The translations under genes and the position numbers were made by a program. DNA of 29,606 nucleotides. It comes from Clostridia bacterium (GTDB taxonomy: Bacteria; Bacillota; Clostridia; Christensenellales; Aristaeellaceae). The notes beneath the pieces are model-generated. The model was not told where the DNA came from, did no database searches, and was given only the letters and a program-made list of their open reading frames with translations. The DNA is taken from contig JAZRWA010000115.1 of assembly GCA_045599485.1 (NCBI GenBank), forward strand, positions 1 through 29,606. Direction: 5' to 3'. Shown in pieces: positions 1 to 9,480 of the stretch. Every line of letters begins with the position of its first letter. The stretch's first letter is position 1.

Positions 1-71
1 GTGCCGACCTCACCATTGAAAACACCCTGTCCCCCCGTGAGACGCTGCAGACGGTGCTGGAAAGGCTCTGA
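1..71 (+). CDS. 3' end of an unidentified protein gene (partial; ...ADLTIENTLSPRETLQTVLERL*)
   Basis: Frame 3 is open from the window edge to TGA at 69-71. A hairpin plus T-tract terminator follows. No family assignment is possible from 22 residues. Confidence 0.35.
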   Translation, partial: ADLTIENTLSPRETLQTVLERL

Positions 72-129
72 CGGCGGCGGTCTTTAAAAAGCCTTCAAAA
101 AAGCAGCTTTTTTCAATCAAACTTGCAAT

Positions 130-177
130 CCTGCAGGACCGACATTTTTTCGGTCCGAAGCAGGGTTGTTTTTTTAT
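130..177 (+). terminator. Rho-independent terminator after the upstream partial gene
   Basis: Nested stem cctgc/gcagg plus ggaccga/tcggtcc (130-165), followed by ttgttttttt. Confidence 0.6.
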
Positions 178-373
178 TGTATTTCAGAGCTGTTTTCCCC
201 TCCCAAAGGACAAAACAATCTCCCCATGCGCTGTCATTTTTCCTCGTTTTGCCCTTTTTGCCCTTACATTTTTCTCAATTTTGCCTGATATGGTAAAAAA
301 TTTATGTATACTTGCATCATACGCGCATTCAATTCAGAATATCGGTGTAAAATGAAATTTCCAAAATTATTTC

Positions 374-402
374 TTGCATTTTTGAAACATGTGTGCTATG
401 AT
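374..402 (+). promoter_or_regulatory. Sigma-70-type promoter for the ABC transporter operon
   Basis: TTGCAT (374-379), 17-nt spacer, TATGAT (397-402). Located about 125 nt upstream of the ATPase start. Confidence 0.45.
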
Positions 403-479
403 ACACACAATTCCGGACGACAAAGGCACCGCCTTTTCCAACGGAAGCGCTCATTATCTTCATCATGTCGGCAACGGCG

Positions 480-510
480 CCGGTGTGTTGTATACACCGG
501 TTCTTTCTAT
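480..510 (+). promoter_or_regulatory. Terminator-like hairpin in the ABC operon leader (possible attenuator)
   Basis: Stem ccggtgt/acaccgg (480-500) followed by ttctttctat, ending just upstream of the RBS AAGGAGG (516-522). No riboswitch or T-box core recognised. Confidence 0.3.
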
Positions 511-529
511 CATACAAGGAGGGGTCCCT

Positions 530-1252
530 TTGATCAGCGTAAACGGTTTGCACAAAAGCTTCGGTAATCTGGAAGTGCTCAAGGGCATTGACCTGGAGGT
601 CAAAAAAGGAGAGAAGCTCGTCATCATCGGGCCCAGCGGCTCGGGCAAAAGCACGCTCATCCGCTGCATGAACGGTCTGGAGGAAGCCACCGACGGCACC
701 GTCAGCGTGGATGGCCATGAGATGACCAAAAAGGACCGTGCCAGGTTGAACCGTGAGTACTCCTCCATGGTGTTCCAGCAGTTCAACCTGTACCCGCATC
801 TGTCGGTGCTGGGCAACCTGACGCTGGCCCCCACCAAGCTCAAAAAGATGCCCAAAAAAGAAGCTGAAGAGCTGGCCATGGAAAACCTGGAGCGTGTCGG
901 TCTGGCGCACAAGGCGCACGTGCTGCCCACCACCCTGTCGGGCGGACAGCAGCAGCGCATCGCCATCGCCCGTGCCCTGACCATGAAAAACCCCATCATC
1001 TACTTTGATGAACCCACCAGCGCGCTCGACCCCGAAATGGTCAAGGAAGTACTGGACATCATGGTGGAGCTCGGCAAGGAAGACATCACCATGGTCACCG
1101 TCACGCACGAGATGGGCTTTGCCCGCGAGGTCGCCGACCGCGTCGTCTTCTGCGATGGCGGCAAGATCATCGAGGAAGGCACCCCCGAACATTTCTTTAC
1201 CAGCCCCAAGGAAGAGCGCACGCAGGCCTTTTTGAGCAAGATCCTGCGCTGA
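530..1252 (+). CDS. Polar amino-acid ABC transporter ATP-binding protein (GlnQ/ArtP-like, 240 aa)
   Basis: Walker [10 protein letters not shown], signature [15 protein letters not shown], Walker [14 protein letters not shown]-loop [11 protein letters not shown] start at 530 lies 7 nt after AAGGAGG. The longer ATG-389 ORF has no RBS and a non-homologous N-terminus. Stop TGA. Confidence 0.93.
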   Translation: MISVNGLHKSFGNLEVLKGIDLEVKKGEKLVIIGPSGSGKSTLIRCMNGLEEATDGTVSVDGHEMTKKDRARLNREYSSMVFQQFNLYPHLSVLGNLTLAPTKLKKMPKKEAEELAMENLERVGLAHKAHVLPTTLSGGQQQRIAIARALTMKNPIIYFDEPTSALDPEMVKEVLDIMVELGKEDITMVTVTHEMGFAREVADRVVFCDGGKIIEEGTPEHFFTSPKEERTQAFLSKILR

Positions 1253-1319
1253 TGACCGGTCGCACGCCGCAACAACGGCAGACGATATCCACCCAACAAA
1301 TACAAGGAGGAAATGATTT

Positions 1320-2099
1320 ATGAAAAAGCTGTTTTGTCTGGTTCTGTCCCTCGTGCTGGCGCTTTCCGCCGCTTCCGCTCTGGCCGACACCTTCCGCGTC
1401 GGCGTCAAACAGGATGTTTACGGCTTCGGCTATCTGGATGAAATGACCGGCACCTACACCGGCATGGAGATCGAGCTGGGTGCCCTGCTGGCCGATGCCC
1501 TGGGCTATGACGACATCGAATACACCACCGTCACCGCCGCCACCCGCGGTCAGATGCTGGACAATGACGAGCTGGATTGCGTCATTGCCACCTTCACCAT
1601 CAAGGAGGAGCGCAAGCTGAGCTGGGACTTCTCCACCCCCTACTACACCGACGCCGTCACCGTGCTGGTGGAGACCGACAGCGGCATCGTGGATCTGAGC
1701 GGTCTGGTCGGCAAAGTCGTCGGCGTGTCCTCCGGCTCCACCTCCGCCAAGGCGCTGGCGACCGCCATGGCCGAAGCGGGCCTGATCCCCACCTTTGACG
1801 CCTCCGCCTTCGACATCAGCACCTTCAGTGCCGGCGTCTCCTTCAAGCAGTTTGACGATTATCCCGCCATCTCCATCGCCCTATCCGCCCACGATATCGA
1901 TGCCTTCTGCGTGGACAAGTCCATCCTCGCCAACTACAAGACCGCGGACCGCAGCTTCATTGCCGACAGCTTCTCTCCCCAGGATTACGGCGTAGCCACC
2001 AAGAAGGGCTCCGACCTGTCCGCCAAGGTGGAAGAGCTCATCTGCACCTGGCTGGAGGACGGCACCATCGCCGGTCTGATCGAGGAATGGGGCCTGTAA
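1320..2099 (+). CDS. Amino-acid ABC transporter substrate-binding protein (family 3 SBP), secreted
   Basis: Signal peptide MKKLFCLVLSLVLALSAASALA, about 260 aa, SBP_bac_3-like sequence. RBS AAGGAGG lies 9 nt upstream. Operon position between ATPase and permeases. Confidence 0.88.
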   Translation: MKKLFCLVLSLVLALSAASALADTFRVGVKQDVYGFGYLDEMTGTYTGMEIELGALLADALGYDDIEYTTVTAATRGQMLDNDELDCVIATFTIKEERKLSWDFSTPYYTDAVTVLVETDSGIVDLSGLVGKVVGVSSGSTSAKALATAMAEAGLIPTFDASAFDISTFSAGVSFKQFDDYPAISIALSAHDIDAFCVDKSILANYKTADRSFIADSFSPQDYGVATKKGSDLSAKVEELICTWLEDGTIAGLIEEWGL

Positions 2100-2117
2100 T
2101 TCCCCTTGCACATCATC

Positions 2118-2150
2118 GGGGCGCGCGGCTCAACACCACGCGCCCCTTTC
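2118..2150 (+). terminator. Intra-operon hairpin after the binding-protein gene (partial terminator or stabiliser)
   Basis: Stem ggggcgcg/cgcgcccc (2118-2146) followed by tttc. Typical arrangement giving SBP excess over permeases. Confidence 0.4.
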
Positions 2151-2185
2151 CCCTGTAAATCACTTTTTCGGATGGTATTTTATTC

Positions 2186-2902
2186 ATGGGAACGATATTT
2201 GACGCGTCCTGCTGGGCCACGGTGTGGAAATACCGCGCCACCTTTGTCAACGGCTTTTTCAACACGCTGCTGACCGCCGCTGCCGGCCTGGTGCTGGCGC
2301 TGGTGCTGGGCGTGGTCATCGGCCTTTGCTCCACCGGCGAAAAAAAGTTTCTGCGCGTACTGGCCCGGATCTATGTGGAATTTTTCCAGAACACGCCGGT
2401 CATTTTGCAGGTGTGTTTTTTGTACTATGCTCTGGCGTATTCCGGCATCCGCGTTTCGGTGGTCACGGTCGGCATCATCTCGCTGGGCATCTATACGGGT
2501 GCTTACATGGCCGAGGTCATCCGCGCCGGCATCACCGCCATCCCCCCGGGGCAGTTTGACGCCGCGCTCTCACAGGGCTTTGACCGCCTGCAGACCATGC
2601 GCCTCATCATCCTGCCGCAGACCGTCAAGATCATCCTGCCCCCCATGGTCAACCAGATGGCCAACCTGATCAAAAACACCTCGTGCCTGTTCATCATCGG
2701 CGGTGCCGACCTGATCGCCACCACCTACAATTTTGTCACCGGCGAATCCACCGGCGGCGCCTACGGCCCGGCCTATCTGGTGGGCGGCCTGCTCTTCTTC
2801 TGCATGTGCTACCCGCTCTCCCTGATCGCCGGCAAATGGGAAGCTCATCTGAAGCAAAAGAGCATGCAGACCGCCGAACCCGCCAAGGAGGTGACTGCCT
2901 GA
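2186..2902 (+). CDS. Amino-acid ABC transporter permease (His/Glu/Gln/Arg/opine family)
   Basis: Multi-pass hydrophobic 238-aa protein. EAA-loop region GQFDAALSQGFDRLQTMRLIILPQ. Stop TGA overlaps the next start (TGATG). Confidence 0.88.
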   Translation: MGTIFDASCWATVWKYRATFVNGFFNTLLTAAAGLVLALVLGVVIGLCSTGEKKFLRVLARIYVEFFQNTPVILQVCFLYYALAYSGIRVSVVTVGIISLGIYTGAYMAEVIRAGITAIPPGQFDAALSQGFDRLQTMRLIILPQTVKIILPPMVNQMANLIKNTSCLFIIGGADLIATTYNFVTGESTGGAYGPAYLVGGLLFFCMCYPLSLIAGKWEAHLKQKSMQTAEPAKEVTA

Positions 2903-3696
2903 TGTCCGATCTGATGACGCAATTGCAGGGCAGCCTGATGATGCTCGGCAACAGCAACGTGCAGGTGTACCTGCTCAAGGGCACCGCCTTCACGCTGGGC
3001 ATTTCACTGATCACCATCCTCATCAGCGTCTTTATCGGCGCGCTGCTGGCCCTTGCCCGCAACTACTGCACCTCCGGCCCCTCGCGGCTGGTACGCCGTG
3101 TCTCCATCATTTACATCGAATTGTTCCGCAACACGCCCCTGATGCTGTGGGTCTTTGCCGGCTTTGTGCTGTGCCCCGCCCCCACCTTCAGCAAGGCCTT
3201 TGCCACGGCGCTGGGCTTCACCTCGGTCGCCTCTGTCAAAACATTGTTCAAGGCCATCGTGTCGCTCACGCTGTTCACCTCTGCTGTCATGGCGGAGATC
3301 ATCCGCGGCGGCCTCAACGCCGTTCCCGTCGGGCAGTTTGAAGCCGCGCGCTCGCAGGGCTTCGGCATGCCGCGCACCATGTCCTTCATCGTGCTGCCGC
3401 AGGCCTTCCGTCACATCGTCCCCACGCTGCTCAGCCAGATGATCACCACCATCAAGGATTCCAGCTACATGTCCGGTCTGGTCACCATCGAGCTGATGGG
3501 CTGCACCAAGCTGCTCATCTCCAAGGCCAACAGCTATAACGGCACGTGGGTCGACCGTTTTGACCGCGGCACCATTCATGTCACCGATGTGTTTGTGCTT
3601 TTCGGTGCTGCCTTCCTCATCTACTTTATCATCAACTTCAGCCTGTCCTGCGCGGTACGCGCCATCAAAAACCGCAAGACCCGCCCCGCAGCCTGA
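2902..3696 (+). CDS. Amino-acid ABC transporter permease, second subunit
   Basis: ATG at 2902 overlaps the upstream stop. EAA-loop GQFEAARSQGFGMPRTMSFIVLPQ. Hydrophobic 264-aa protein. The longer 2683 ORF start lies inside the previous gene. Confidence 0.88.
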   Translation: MSDLMTQLQGSLMMLGNSNVQVYLLKGTAFTLGISLITILISVFIGALLALARNYCTSGPSRLVRRVSIIYIELFRNTPLMLWVFAGFVLCPAPTFSKAFATALGFTSVASVKTLFKAIVSLTLFTSAVMAEIIRGGLNAVPVGQFEAARSQGFGMPRTMSFIVLPQAFRHIVPTLLSQMITTIKDSSYMSGLVTIELMGCTKLLISKANSYNGTWVDRFDRGTIHVTDVFVLFGAAFLIYFIINFSLSCAVRAIKNRKTRPAA

Positions 3697-3805
3697 GCAT
3701 CCTTTCCGCGTCCGATACCCCCGGCCGCGTTTTTAATTCTTTGTTCCATGAGGCCGCAAAAACCTCAAACAACCGTTTGGCCTTGCCGGCCTTTTCTCGC
3801 GTGTC

Positions 3806-3834
3806 TTGACAAATCCGCCGTCCTCCCTTACGAT
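3806..3834 (+). promoter_or_regulatory. Sigma-70-type promoter for the HD-domain gene
   Basis: TTGACA (3806-3811), 17 nt, TACGAT (3829-3834). RBS GGAGGA upstream of ATG 3867. Confidence 0.5.
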
Positions 3835-3866
3835 AGAAGCGGAAAACCCATTCCGGAGGAAAACGA

Positions 3867-4532
3867 ATGAATCCCATTACCTATGAACAACTGCAGGCCA
3901 ACACGGCCGTTCACACCTACATCGCCATGGAGGATGAGGGGCTGTCCGCCCTCGGCTATACCGAGCACAGCTTTGCCCACGTCACACAGGTGGCGGAACG
4001 CGCCGGCTACATTCTCGAAACCCTCGGCTATCCCGAGCGCACGGTGGAGCTGGTCAAGATCGCCAGCTACCTGCACGATATCGGCAACATCGTCAACCGC
4101 GTCAACCACAGCCAGAGCGGCGCCATCATGGCCTTTTCGCTTCTGTCCGGCATGAACATGCCGCCCGAGGAGATCACCCCCATCATCATGGCCATCGGCA
4201 ACCACGATGAAGGCACCGGTCAGCCGGTCAGCGCCCTTGCCGCCGCCCTCATTCTGGCGGACAAATCCGATATGCGCCGCAGCCGCGTCCGCAACACCGA
4301 TAAGACCACCTTTGACATTCACGACCGTGTCAATTATTCCGTTCTCAAATCCGAGCTCAAGATCAACGAGGCGCACACGCTCATCAAGCTGAAGCTGAAG
4401 GTCGATACACAGTACGGCTCAGTCATGGATTATTTCAGCATTTTTATGGAGCGCATGATGCTCTGCCGCAAAGCCGCCCAGACACTGGGACTGGACTTCA
4501 AATTGATGATGAACGAACAGCAGATGATCTGA
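3867..4532 (+). CDS. HD/HDIG-domain metal-dependent phosphohydrolase (221 aa)
   Basis: Motifs HSFAHV, YLHDIGN (HDIG) and GNHDE. Confidence 0.75.
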   Translation: MNPITYEQLQANTAVHTYIAMEDEGLSALGYTEHSFAHVTQVAERAGYILETLGYPERTVELVKIASYLHDIGNIVNRVNHSQSGAIMAFSLLSGMNMPPEEITPIIMAIGNHDEGTGQPVSALAAALILADKSDMRRSRVRNTDKTTFDIHDRVNYSVLKSELKINEAHTLIKLKLKVDTQYGSVMDYFSIFMERMMLCRKAAQTLGLDFKLMMNEQQMI

Positions 4533-4533
4533 C

Positions 4534-4571
4534 AAGAAGTCCCCGACCGCATCCGCGGCCGGGGACTTCTT
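4534..4571. terminator. Bidirectional hairpin between the convergent HD and GT2 genes
   Basis: 12-bp stem aagaagtccccg/cggggacttctt with inner ccgc/gcgg. Its 3' arm abuts the GT2 stop codon. Confidence 0.55.
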
Positions 4572-5530
4572 TATTTGTGTAAAACACGCAGCCTGCGCAG
4601 GCGGCTGAGCAGCCGCAGTACCTTGGGGCGTGCCACCCGGTAAATGCGATCATAACCACGGAAGGGAAGGATCAGTCCCGCCCGGCGGTTCTGCCGTTTC
4701 AGGCGCTCCCTGCAGGCGTCGATCAGCGTTTTCTCCGCCCCGATCGCTTCCATGGCACAGATACAGCCGATGCACACCACCGTATATTTTTGCCGAAATT
4801 TCCGCTGCACCCGCGCACCGGCATGCAGCCTGAGCCATTCGCCCTGCTCCTCCAGCGCATCCAGCGCGTCCAGCCGCCGCGCGCTCCAGGCGGAGTTGGT
4901 GATGCTGTCCGGCCGTACATAATACGCATAGATCGGCCGGTCGATCAGTGCCACCCTTTCATAGCCAAACAGCAGCTTCCAGAGGACAAACTCATCCTCA
5001 TACAACCGCCCCTCGGGAAAGCGCACCGTCGCAAAATCGCATGTGCGGAAGAGCTTGCCCCACGCGACCGTAAACACGGTCAAATGCCTGCAATACAGCT
5101 CCTCCGGCGTCACAGAACGGGCCTCAGACGGGGCAAAAGCTTCCATGTATATTTCCTCATCCGTCGTCACAAAACGCCCCACAGCGGCACCACAGCCTTC
5201 CTGTGCCATGGCCTGCACCAGCAGCTCCAGATAGCGGGAATGCACCCAGTCATCACTGTCTACAAAGGTGATGAATTCACAGCCCCGCCGCAGCGCTTCC
5301 TCAATGCCGGTGTTTCTGGCCGCCGACAGTCCCCTGTTGGGCTGATGCATCGCCTGCACCCTCGGGTCAGCCGCGGCAGCGGCATCGCACAGGAAGGGGC
5401 TGCTGTCCGTACTTCCATCATCCACCAGCAGCAGCACAAAATCCCGGAAGGATTGGCGCAAAATGCTGTCCACGCACCGCTTCAGATACTTTTCCGTGTT
5501 GTATACCGGCACGATCACCGCGACCGACAT
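4571..5530 (-). CDS. Family 2 glycosyltransferase (319 aa)
   Basis: N-terminal GT-A signature VIVPVYNTEKYLKRCVDSILRQSF...LLLVDDGSTDSS and a DSDD motif. RBS GGGAGG lies 9 nt upstream. Confidence 0.85.
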   Translation of the reverse strand: MSVAVIVPVYNTEKYLKRCVDSILRQSFRDFVLLLVDDGSTDSSPFLCDAAAAADPRVQAMHQPNRGLSAARNTGIEEALRRGCEFITFVDSDDWVHSRYLELLVQAMAQEGCGAAVGRFVTTDEEIYMEAFAPSEARSVTPEELYCRHLTVFTVAWGKLFRTCDFATVRFPEGRLYEDEFVLWKLLFGYERVALIDRPIYAYYVRPDSITNSAWSARRLDALDALEEQGEWLRLHAGARVQRKFRQKYTVVCIGCICAMEAIGAEKTLIDACRERLKRQNRRAGLILPFRGYDRIYRVARPKVLRLLSRLRRLRVLHK

Positions 5531-5623
5531 GCTTTGCGTCCTCCCTTCGTTTGTTTTCGGCTGCCGCCTTTATCATGATATCATTCTTCGCAACAACTGT
5601 ACAGTTTTTCCTGTTTTGCCAAT

Positions 5624-5662
5624 CGAAAAAAATCCCCGCGGCCGTTTATTGCCGTGGGGATT
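5624..5662 (-). terminator. Rho-independent terminator after yhbY
   Basis: On the minus strand, a 12-bp stem (aatccccacggc/gccgcggggatt) followed by a T-run (complement of the A-run 5626-5632). Confidence 0.7.
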
Positions 5663-5674
5663 GCTTTGTTGATG

Positions 5675-5965
5675 TCAGATCTCGATCTTCGGCTCTTTTT
5701 CGTTGCGGCGATAGATGCTGAAGCGGCGGCCGATGCACTGCACCGGGCTGGCGCCCAGCTTCTCGCACAGAATGCCGCAGGCTTCACGGGCATCCAGCGG
5801 GGCGTTTTCGCCCAGAGAGCACTTGATCAGTTCACGCGCCTGCAGCGCGTCATACGCCTCCTTGATGGTGGCGTCGGTCACGCCCTCCTTGCCGATGTAC
5901 AAAACCGGCTGCAGGGTGTTGACCATGGCACGCAGGGCAGCGCGCTGTTTGGAGGTCAGTTCCAT
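5675..5965 (-). CDS. yhbY: YhbY-family (CRM-domain) RNA-binding ribosome-assembly protein (96 aa)
   Basis: LTSKQRAALRAMVNTLQPVLYIGKEGVTD...LIK matches the CRS1/YhbY fold signature. GGAG RBS sits in the 9-nt gap after tpiA. Confidence 0.8.
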   Translation of the reverse strand: MELTSKQRAALRAMVNTLQPVLYIGKEGVTDATIKEAYDALQARELIKCSLGENAPLDAREACGILCEKLGASPVQCIGRRFSIYRRNEKEPKIEI

Positions 5966-5974
5966 TCTTTCTCC

Positions 5975-6730
5975 TTATTCGGCGTCAAAGTTCACGATGG
6001 CAGCAAAATCCGCCGCCTTCAGGGAAGCGCCGCCGATGAGGCCGCCGTCGATTTCGGGCTGCGCCATCAGGCCCTTGACGTTGGAGGGCTTCATGCTGCC
6101 GCCGTACTGGATGCGCACCTTGTCGGCCACGCGCTTGCCATACTGACGGGCAATGGCGGCACGGATGACACCGATGGTCTCGTTGGCCTGCTCATCGGTC
6201 GCGGTCTTGCCGGTGCCGATGGCCCACACGGGCTCGTAGGCGATAACGACCTTCTTGACCTCTTCGGCGTCCATGCCGACCAGGGCGGTCAGGGTCTGGT
6301 ATTCCACCAGCGTATTGGTGTAGCCGCCTTCACGCTGCGCCAGGTTTTCGCCCACGCAGATGATGGGGATGATGCCGTTGCGGATGGCCGCGACCGCGCG
6401 CTTGTTGACGCACTCATCGGTCTCGCCAAAGTACTGACGGCGCTCGCTGTGGCCCAGCACGACATAGTCGATCTTGCAGGCCTTGAGCATGGCGGCGGAA
6501 AGCTCGCCGGTGTAGGCGCCGCTCTCGGCCCAGTGCATGTTCTGCACGCCCACCTTGATCTTGCTGCCGCGCACAGCCTTGACCGCCTCAGCGGCATCCA
6601 GAGCGGGCACGCAGACGACCACGGTGTTCTTGCTGTCCTTCACAAGGGGCTTCAGCTCTTCGATCAGGGCCTTGGTCTCCTCGGGGGTCTTGTTCATTTT
6701 CCAGTTACCGGCAATGATGGGAGTACGCAT
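5975..6730 (-). CDS. tpiA: Triose-phosphate isomerase
   Basis: [45 protein letters not shown] at 6730 gives the canonical [12 protein letters not shown]-terminus. The track ORF starts at an upstream GTG (6742) that abuts the RBS. Confidence 0.95.
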   Translation of the reverse strand: MRTPIIAGNWKMNKTPEETKALIEELKPLVKDSKNTVVVCVPALDAAEAVKAVRGSKIKVGVQNMHWAESGAYTGELSAAMLKACKIDYVVLGHSERRQYFGETDECVNKRAVAAIRNGIIPIICVGENLAQREGGYTNTLVEYQTLTALVGMDAEEVKKVVIAYEPVWAIGTGKTATDEQANETIGVIRAAIARQYGKRVADKVRIQYGGSMKPSNVKGLMAQPEIDGGLIGGASLKAADFAAIVNFDAE

Positions 6731-6800
6731 ATCTGTTTTCACTCCTGTATTCAGTCCGACCGCCGAACGCCCGAAGGCGTCCGGCAGCCTGTTTGAAAAA

Positions 6801-8102
6801 TTATTCCTTGTCGTTCAGAGCGGCAACGCCGGGCAGGGTCTTGCCCTCCAGGAATTCCAGAGAAGCACCGCCGCCGGTGGAGATGTGGTTGATCTTGTCG
6901 GCGAAGCCCAGCTGAGTCACAGCCGCGGCGCTGTCGCCGCCGCCCACGATGGTCACGGCGTCGCTGTCCGCCATGGCCTGAGCCACGGCGATGGTGCCCT
7001 TGGCGAAGTTTTCAAACTCAAACACGCCCATGGGGCCGTTCCACACCACGGTCTTGGCGGTCTTGACGGTCTCGGCAAACAGCTCGCAGGTCTTGGGGCC
7101 AATGTCCATGCCCTGCCAGCCCTCGGGGATCTTGCCGGATTCCACCACCTGGGTGTTGGCGTTGTTGTCGAAGTTGTCGGCGATCACGGTATCGATGGGC
7201 AGCAGGAACTTGACACCCTTGGCCGCAGCCTTGTCCATGATCTCCTTGGCCAGTTCGACCTTGTCTTCCTCCAGCAGGCTGGCACCGATCTCGCCGCCCT
7301 GCGCCTTGGAGAAGGTGTAGGCCATGCCGCCGCCGATGATCAGGGCATCCACCTTGTCGATCAGGTTGGTGATCACGCCGATCTTGGTGGAAACCTTGGC
7401 GCCGCCCAGGATGGCGACGAAGGGACGGCCGGGGTTCTCCAGAGCGCCGCCCATGAACTTGAGCTCTTTTTCGATCAGATAGCCGGACACAGCGGGCAGA
7501 TAATCGGCCACACCGGCGGTAGAGGCATGGGCACGGTGCGCGGTACCGAAAGCGTCATTGACGTACAGCTCCGCCATATCGGCCAGCGCCTTGGCGAAAG
7601 CGGGATCGTTCTTTTCCTCTTCGGCATGGAAGCGCAGGTTTTCCAGCAGCAGGACCTGACCGGGCTTGAGAGCGGCGGCCTTGGCCTGGGCATCCTCACC
7701 GATGACATCCTTGGCCATGATGACTTCCTGACCCAGCAGCTCGCTCAGGCGGGCAGCCACGGGCGCCAGAGACAGCTTCTTGATGTCCTTGGCGGCCTTT
7801 TCGAGGGCCTTGGCGGTGGCTTCAGCCTGCTCCTCGGCGGGCAGGGCTTCGATCTTGGCCTTTTCCTTCTTGTTGAGCTTCAGCTTGTCGTTGAGCACAT
7901 TGTGGGGCTTGCCCATGTGGGAGCAAAGAATAAGCGCGGCGCCATTCTTCAGCAGGTACTGAATGGTGGGCAGAGCGCCGATAATACGGTTTTCATCGGT
8001 AATCTTGGTGCCGGTCTCCTTGTCCATGGGAACGTTGAAGTCCACGCGGACGATGACCTTTTTGCCCTGAACGTTTACATCTTCAATGGTCTTCTTGCTC
8101 AT
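6801..8102 (-). CDS. pgk: Phosphoglycerate kinase (433 aa, with an approximately 40-aa charged insertion)
   Basis: [47 protein letters not shown] at 8102 gives MSKKTIEDV. Confidence 0.95.
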   Translation of the reverse strand: MSKKTIEDVNVQGKKVIVRVDFNVPMDKETGTKITDENRIIGALPTIQYLLKNGAALILCSHMGKPHNVLNDKLKLNKKEKAKIEALPAEEQAEATAKALEKAAKDIKKLSLAPVAARLSELLGQEVIMAKDVIGEDAQAKAAALKPGQVLLLENLRFHAEEEKNDPAFAKALADMAELYVNDAFGTAHRAHASTAGVADYLPAVSGYLIEKELKFMGGALENPGRPFVAILGGAKVSTKIGVITNLIDKVDALIIGGGMAYTFSKAQGGEIGASLLEEDKVELAKEIMDKAAAKGVKFLLPIDTVIADNFDNNANTQVVESGKIPEGWQGMDIGPKTCELFAETVKTAKTVVWNGPMGVFEFENFAKGTIAVAQAMADSDAVTIVGGGDSAAAVTQLGFADKINHISTGGGASLEFLEGKTLPGVAALNDKE

Positions 8103-8171
8103 TTGAATATACATCCTTTCACGGAATTTCCGCCTTGACGGATGCCGCGGAAACAAACCCGCAGCATTTTC

Positions 8172-8200
8172 ATTATATATCATATTTTCGCCTATTTCAA
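8172..8200 (-). promoter_or_regulatory. Sigma-70-type promoter for pgk-tpiA-yhbY
   Basis: Minus strand TTGAAA (8200-8195), 17 nt, TATAAT (8177-8172). Confidence 0.6.
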
Positions 8201-8252
8201 GCCGATTTTTACAAAAAAACGCCGAAAACAGCCCTTTTTGAAACGCAAGCGG

Positions 8253-8288
8253 TACAAAAAGAAACGGCCTTTGACAAAAAGCCGTTTC
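8253..8288 (-). terminator. Rho-independent terminator after serA
   Basis: Minus strand stem gaaacggc/gccgtttc followed by tttttgt. Confidence 0.65.
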
Positions 8289-8307
8289 TCAATATGTTTT
8301 ATTCCGC

Positions 8308-9477
8308 TCAGGCTTTGATCAGGCGCAGACGGATGACGCCGTCGATCGCGCCCAGCTCATCCGCCAGGCTCTGGGGCACGGGGGTGTTGAAGTCAAAAAT
8401 GGTATAGGCCACGTTGTCGCGGCTCTTGTTCACCAGGTTCTCAATGTTGAGGCCGGAGGCGGAGATCTTTTCCGTCATCAGGCCCAGCATGCCCACCTTG
8501 TTGGCATGGATGACGGCAATGCGGTCGCCCTCCGCGCGGGCAAAAGCCACGTTGGGCAGGTTGACCGAGTTGGTGATGTTGCCGTTTTCCAGATAATCAA
8601 TGGTCTGGCGCGCCGCCATGACGGAGCAGTTTTCATCCGCCTCGGGGGTGCCGGCACCCAGATGGGGCGTAAAGACCACGGCCTTATGCCGCATCTCGCG
8701 GGGGGTGGGAAAGTCCGTCGCCAGGGCGCGGATCTTGCCGCTGTCCAGTGCGTCGCACACGGCGTCATTATCCAGGATGGGGCCGCGGGCATAGTTGATC
8801 AGGTACACGCCGTCCTTCATCTTTTCGATCTCACGGACGGAGATGAAGTTCTTGGTATCGGCATTGAGGGGAATGTGCACCGTAATGATGTCGCTCTCCT
8901 CCAGCAGCGTATCCAGGTCGGGCACCAGACGCACATATTCCTTCAGCTCCTGCACACGGGCATGCGGCAGGTAGGGATCGTAGCCGATGACCTTCATGCC
9001 CAGATCCACCGAGGCACGCGCCATGCGCCCGCCGATGGCGCCCAGACCGATGATGCCAATGGTCTTGCCCATGATCTCGGGGCCGCGGTACACTTCCTTG
9101 CCCTTCTCCACCGTTTTGCCGGCGTCGCTTTCCTCCACGGGCAGGTTTTTGACCCACTCCATGGCCTGGAAGCCGTTGCGCATGGCCATGATCATGCCGG
9201 CAATGGTCAGCTCCTTGACGGCGTTGGCGTTGCCGCCGGGGCAGTTGAACACACAGATGCCGTTTTCGGTGCAGCGATCCACCGGAATGGTGTTCACGCC
9301 CGCGCCGATGCGCACGATGGACTGCAGCTTGCTGCCAAACTCGATGCCGTGCAGCGGCGTGGAATGCACCAGAATACCATCGGGATTATCGCATTCGTTG
9401 GTCAGTACGTATTTTTTATCGTCAAATTCATTGCGGCCCGCCTGTGCCACGGTGTCATAGGTCTTGATTTGATACAT
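8308..9477 (-). CDS. serA: D-3-phosphoglycerate dehydrogenase with C-terminal ACT-like domain (389 aa)
   Basis: D-2-hydroxyacid dehydrogenase fold. NAD loop GIIGLGAIGGRMA, catalytic region TPHLGAGT, C-terminal regulatory segment RIAVIHANKVGMLGLMTEKIS. Sits 3 nt downstream of serC. Confidence 0.88.
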   Translation of the reverse strand: MYQIKTYDTVAQAGRNEFDDKKYVLTNECDNPDGILVHSTPLHGIEFGSKLQSIVRIGAGVNTIPVDRCTENGICVFNCPGGNANAVKELTIAGMIMAMRNGFQAMEWVKNLPVEESDAGKTVEKGKEVYRGPEIMGKTIGIIGLGAIGGRMARASVDLGMKVIGYDPYLPHARVQELKEYVRLVPDLDTLLEESDIITVHIPLNADTKNFISVREIEKMKDGVYLINYARGPILDNDAVCDALDSGKIRALATDFPTPREMRHKAVVFTPHLGAGTPEADENCSVMAARQTIDYLENGNITNSVNLPNVAFARAEGDRIAVIHANKVGMLGLMTEKISASGLNIENLVNKSRDNVAYTIFDFNTPVPQSLADELGAIDGVIRLRLIKA

Positions 9478-9480
9478 GGG

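Noticed and set aside
180-530. T-box or known amino-acid riboswitch upstream of the ABC operon, and the 87-aa ORF at 304..567
   Set aside because: I could find no T-box sequence, specifier-loop architecture or recognisable riboswitch core. The small ORF spans the promoter and RBS of the ATPase gene, is Arg/Cys-rich, and has no RBS.
6731-6742. GTG start for tpiA at 6742, as implied by the ORF track
   Set aside because: The GTG directly abuts the AGGAG RBS with no spacer. ATG at 6730 gives the canonical [12 protein letters not shown]-terminus.
6743-6800. Stable UUCG-loop hairpin (ccggacgcc-ttcg-ggcgttcgg) between pgk and tpiA, considered as a terminator
   Set aside because: No U-tract follows, and tpiA has no promoter of its own. 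It is more likely an intra-operon mRNA stability or processing hairpin, and I have too little evidence to annotate it.
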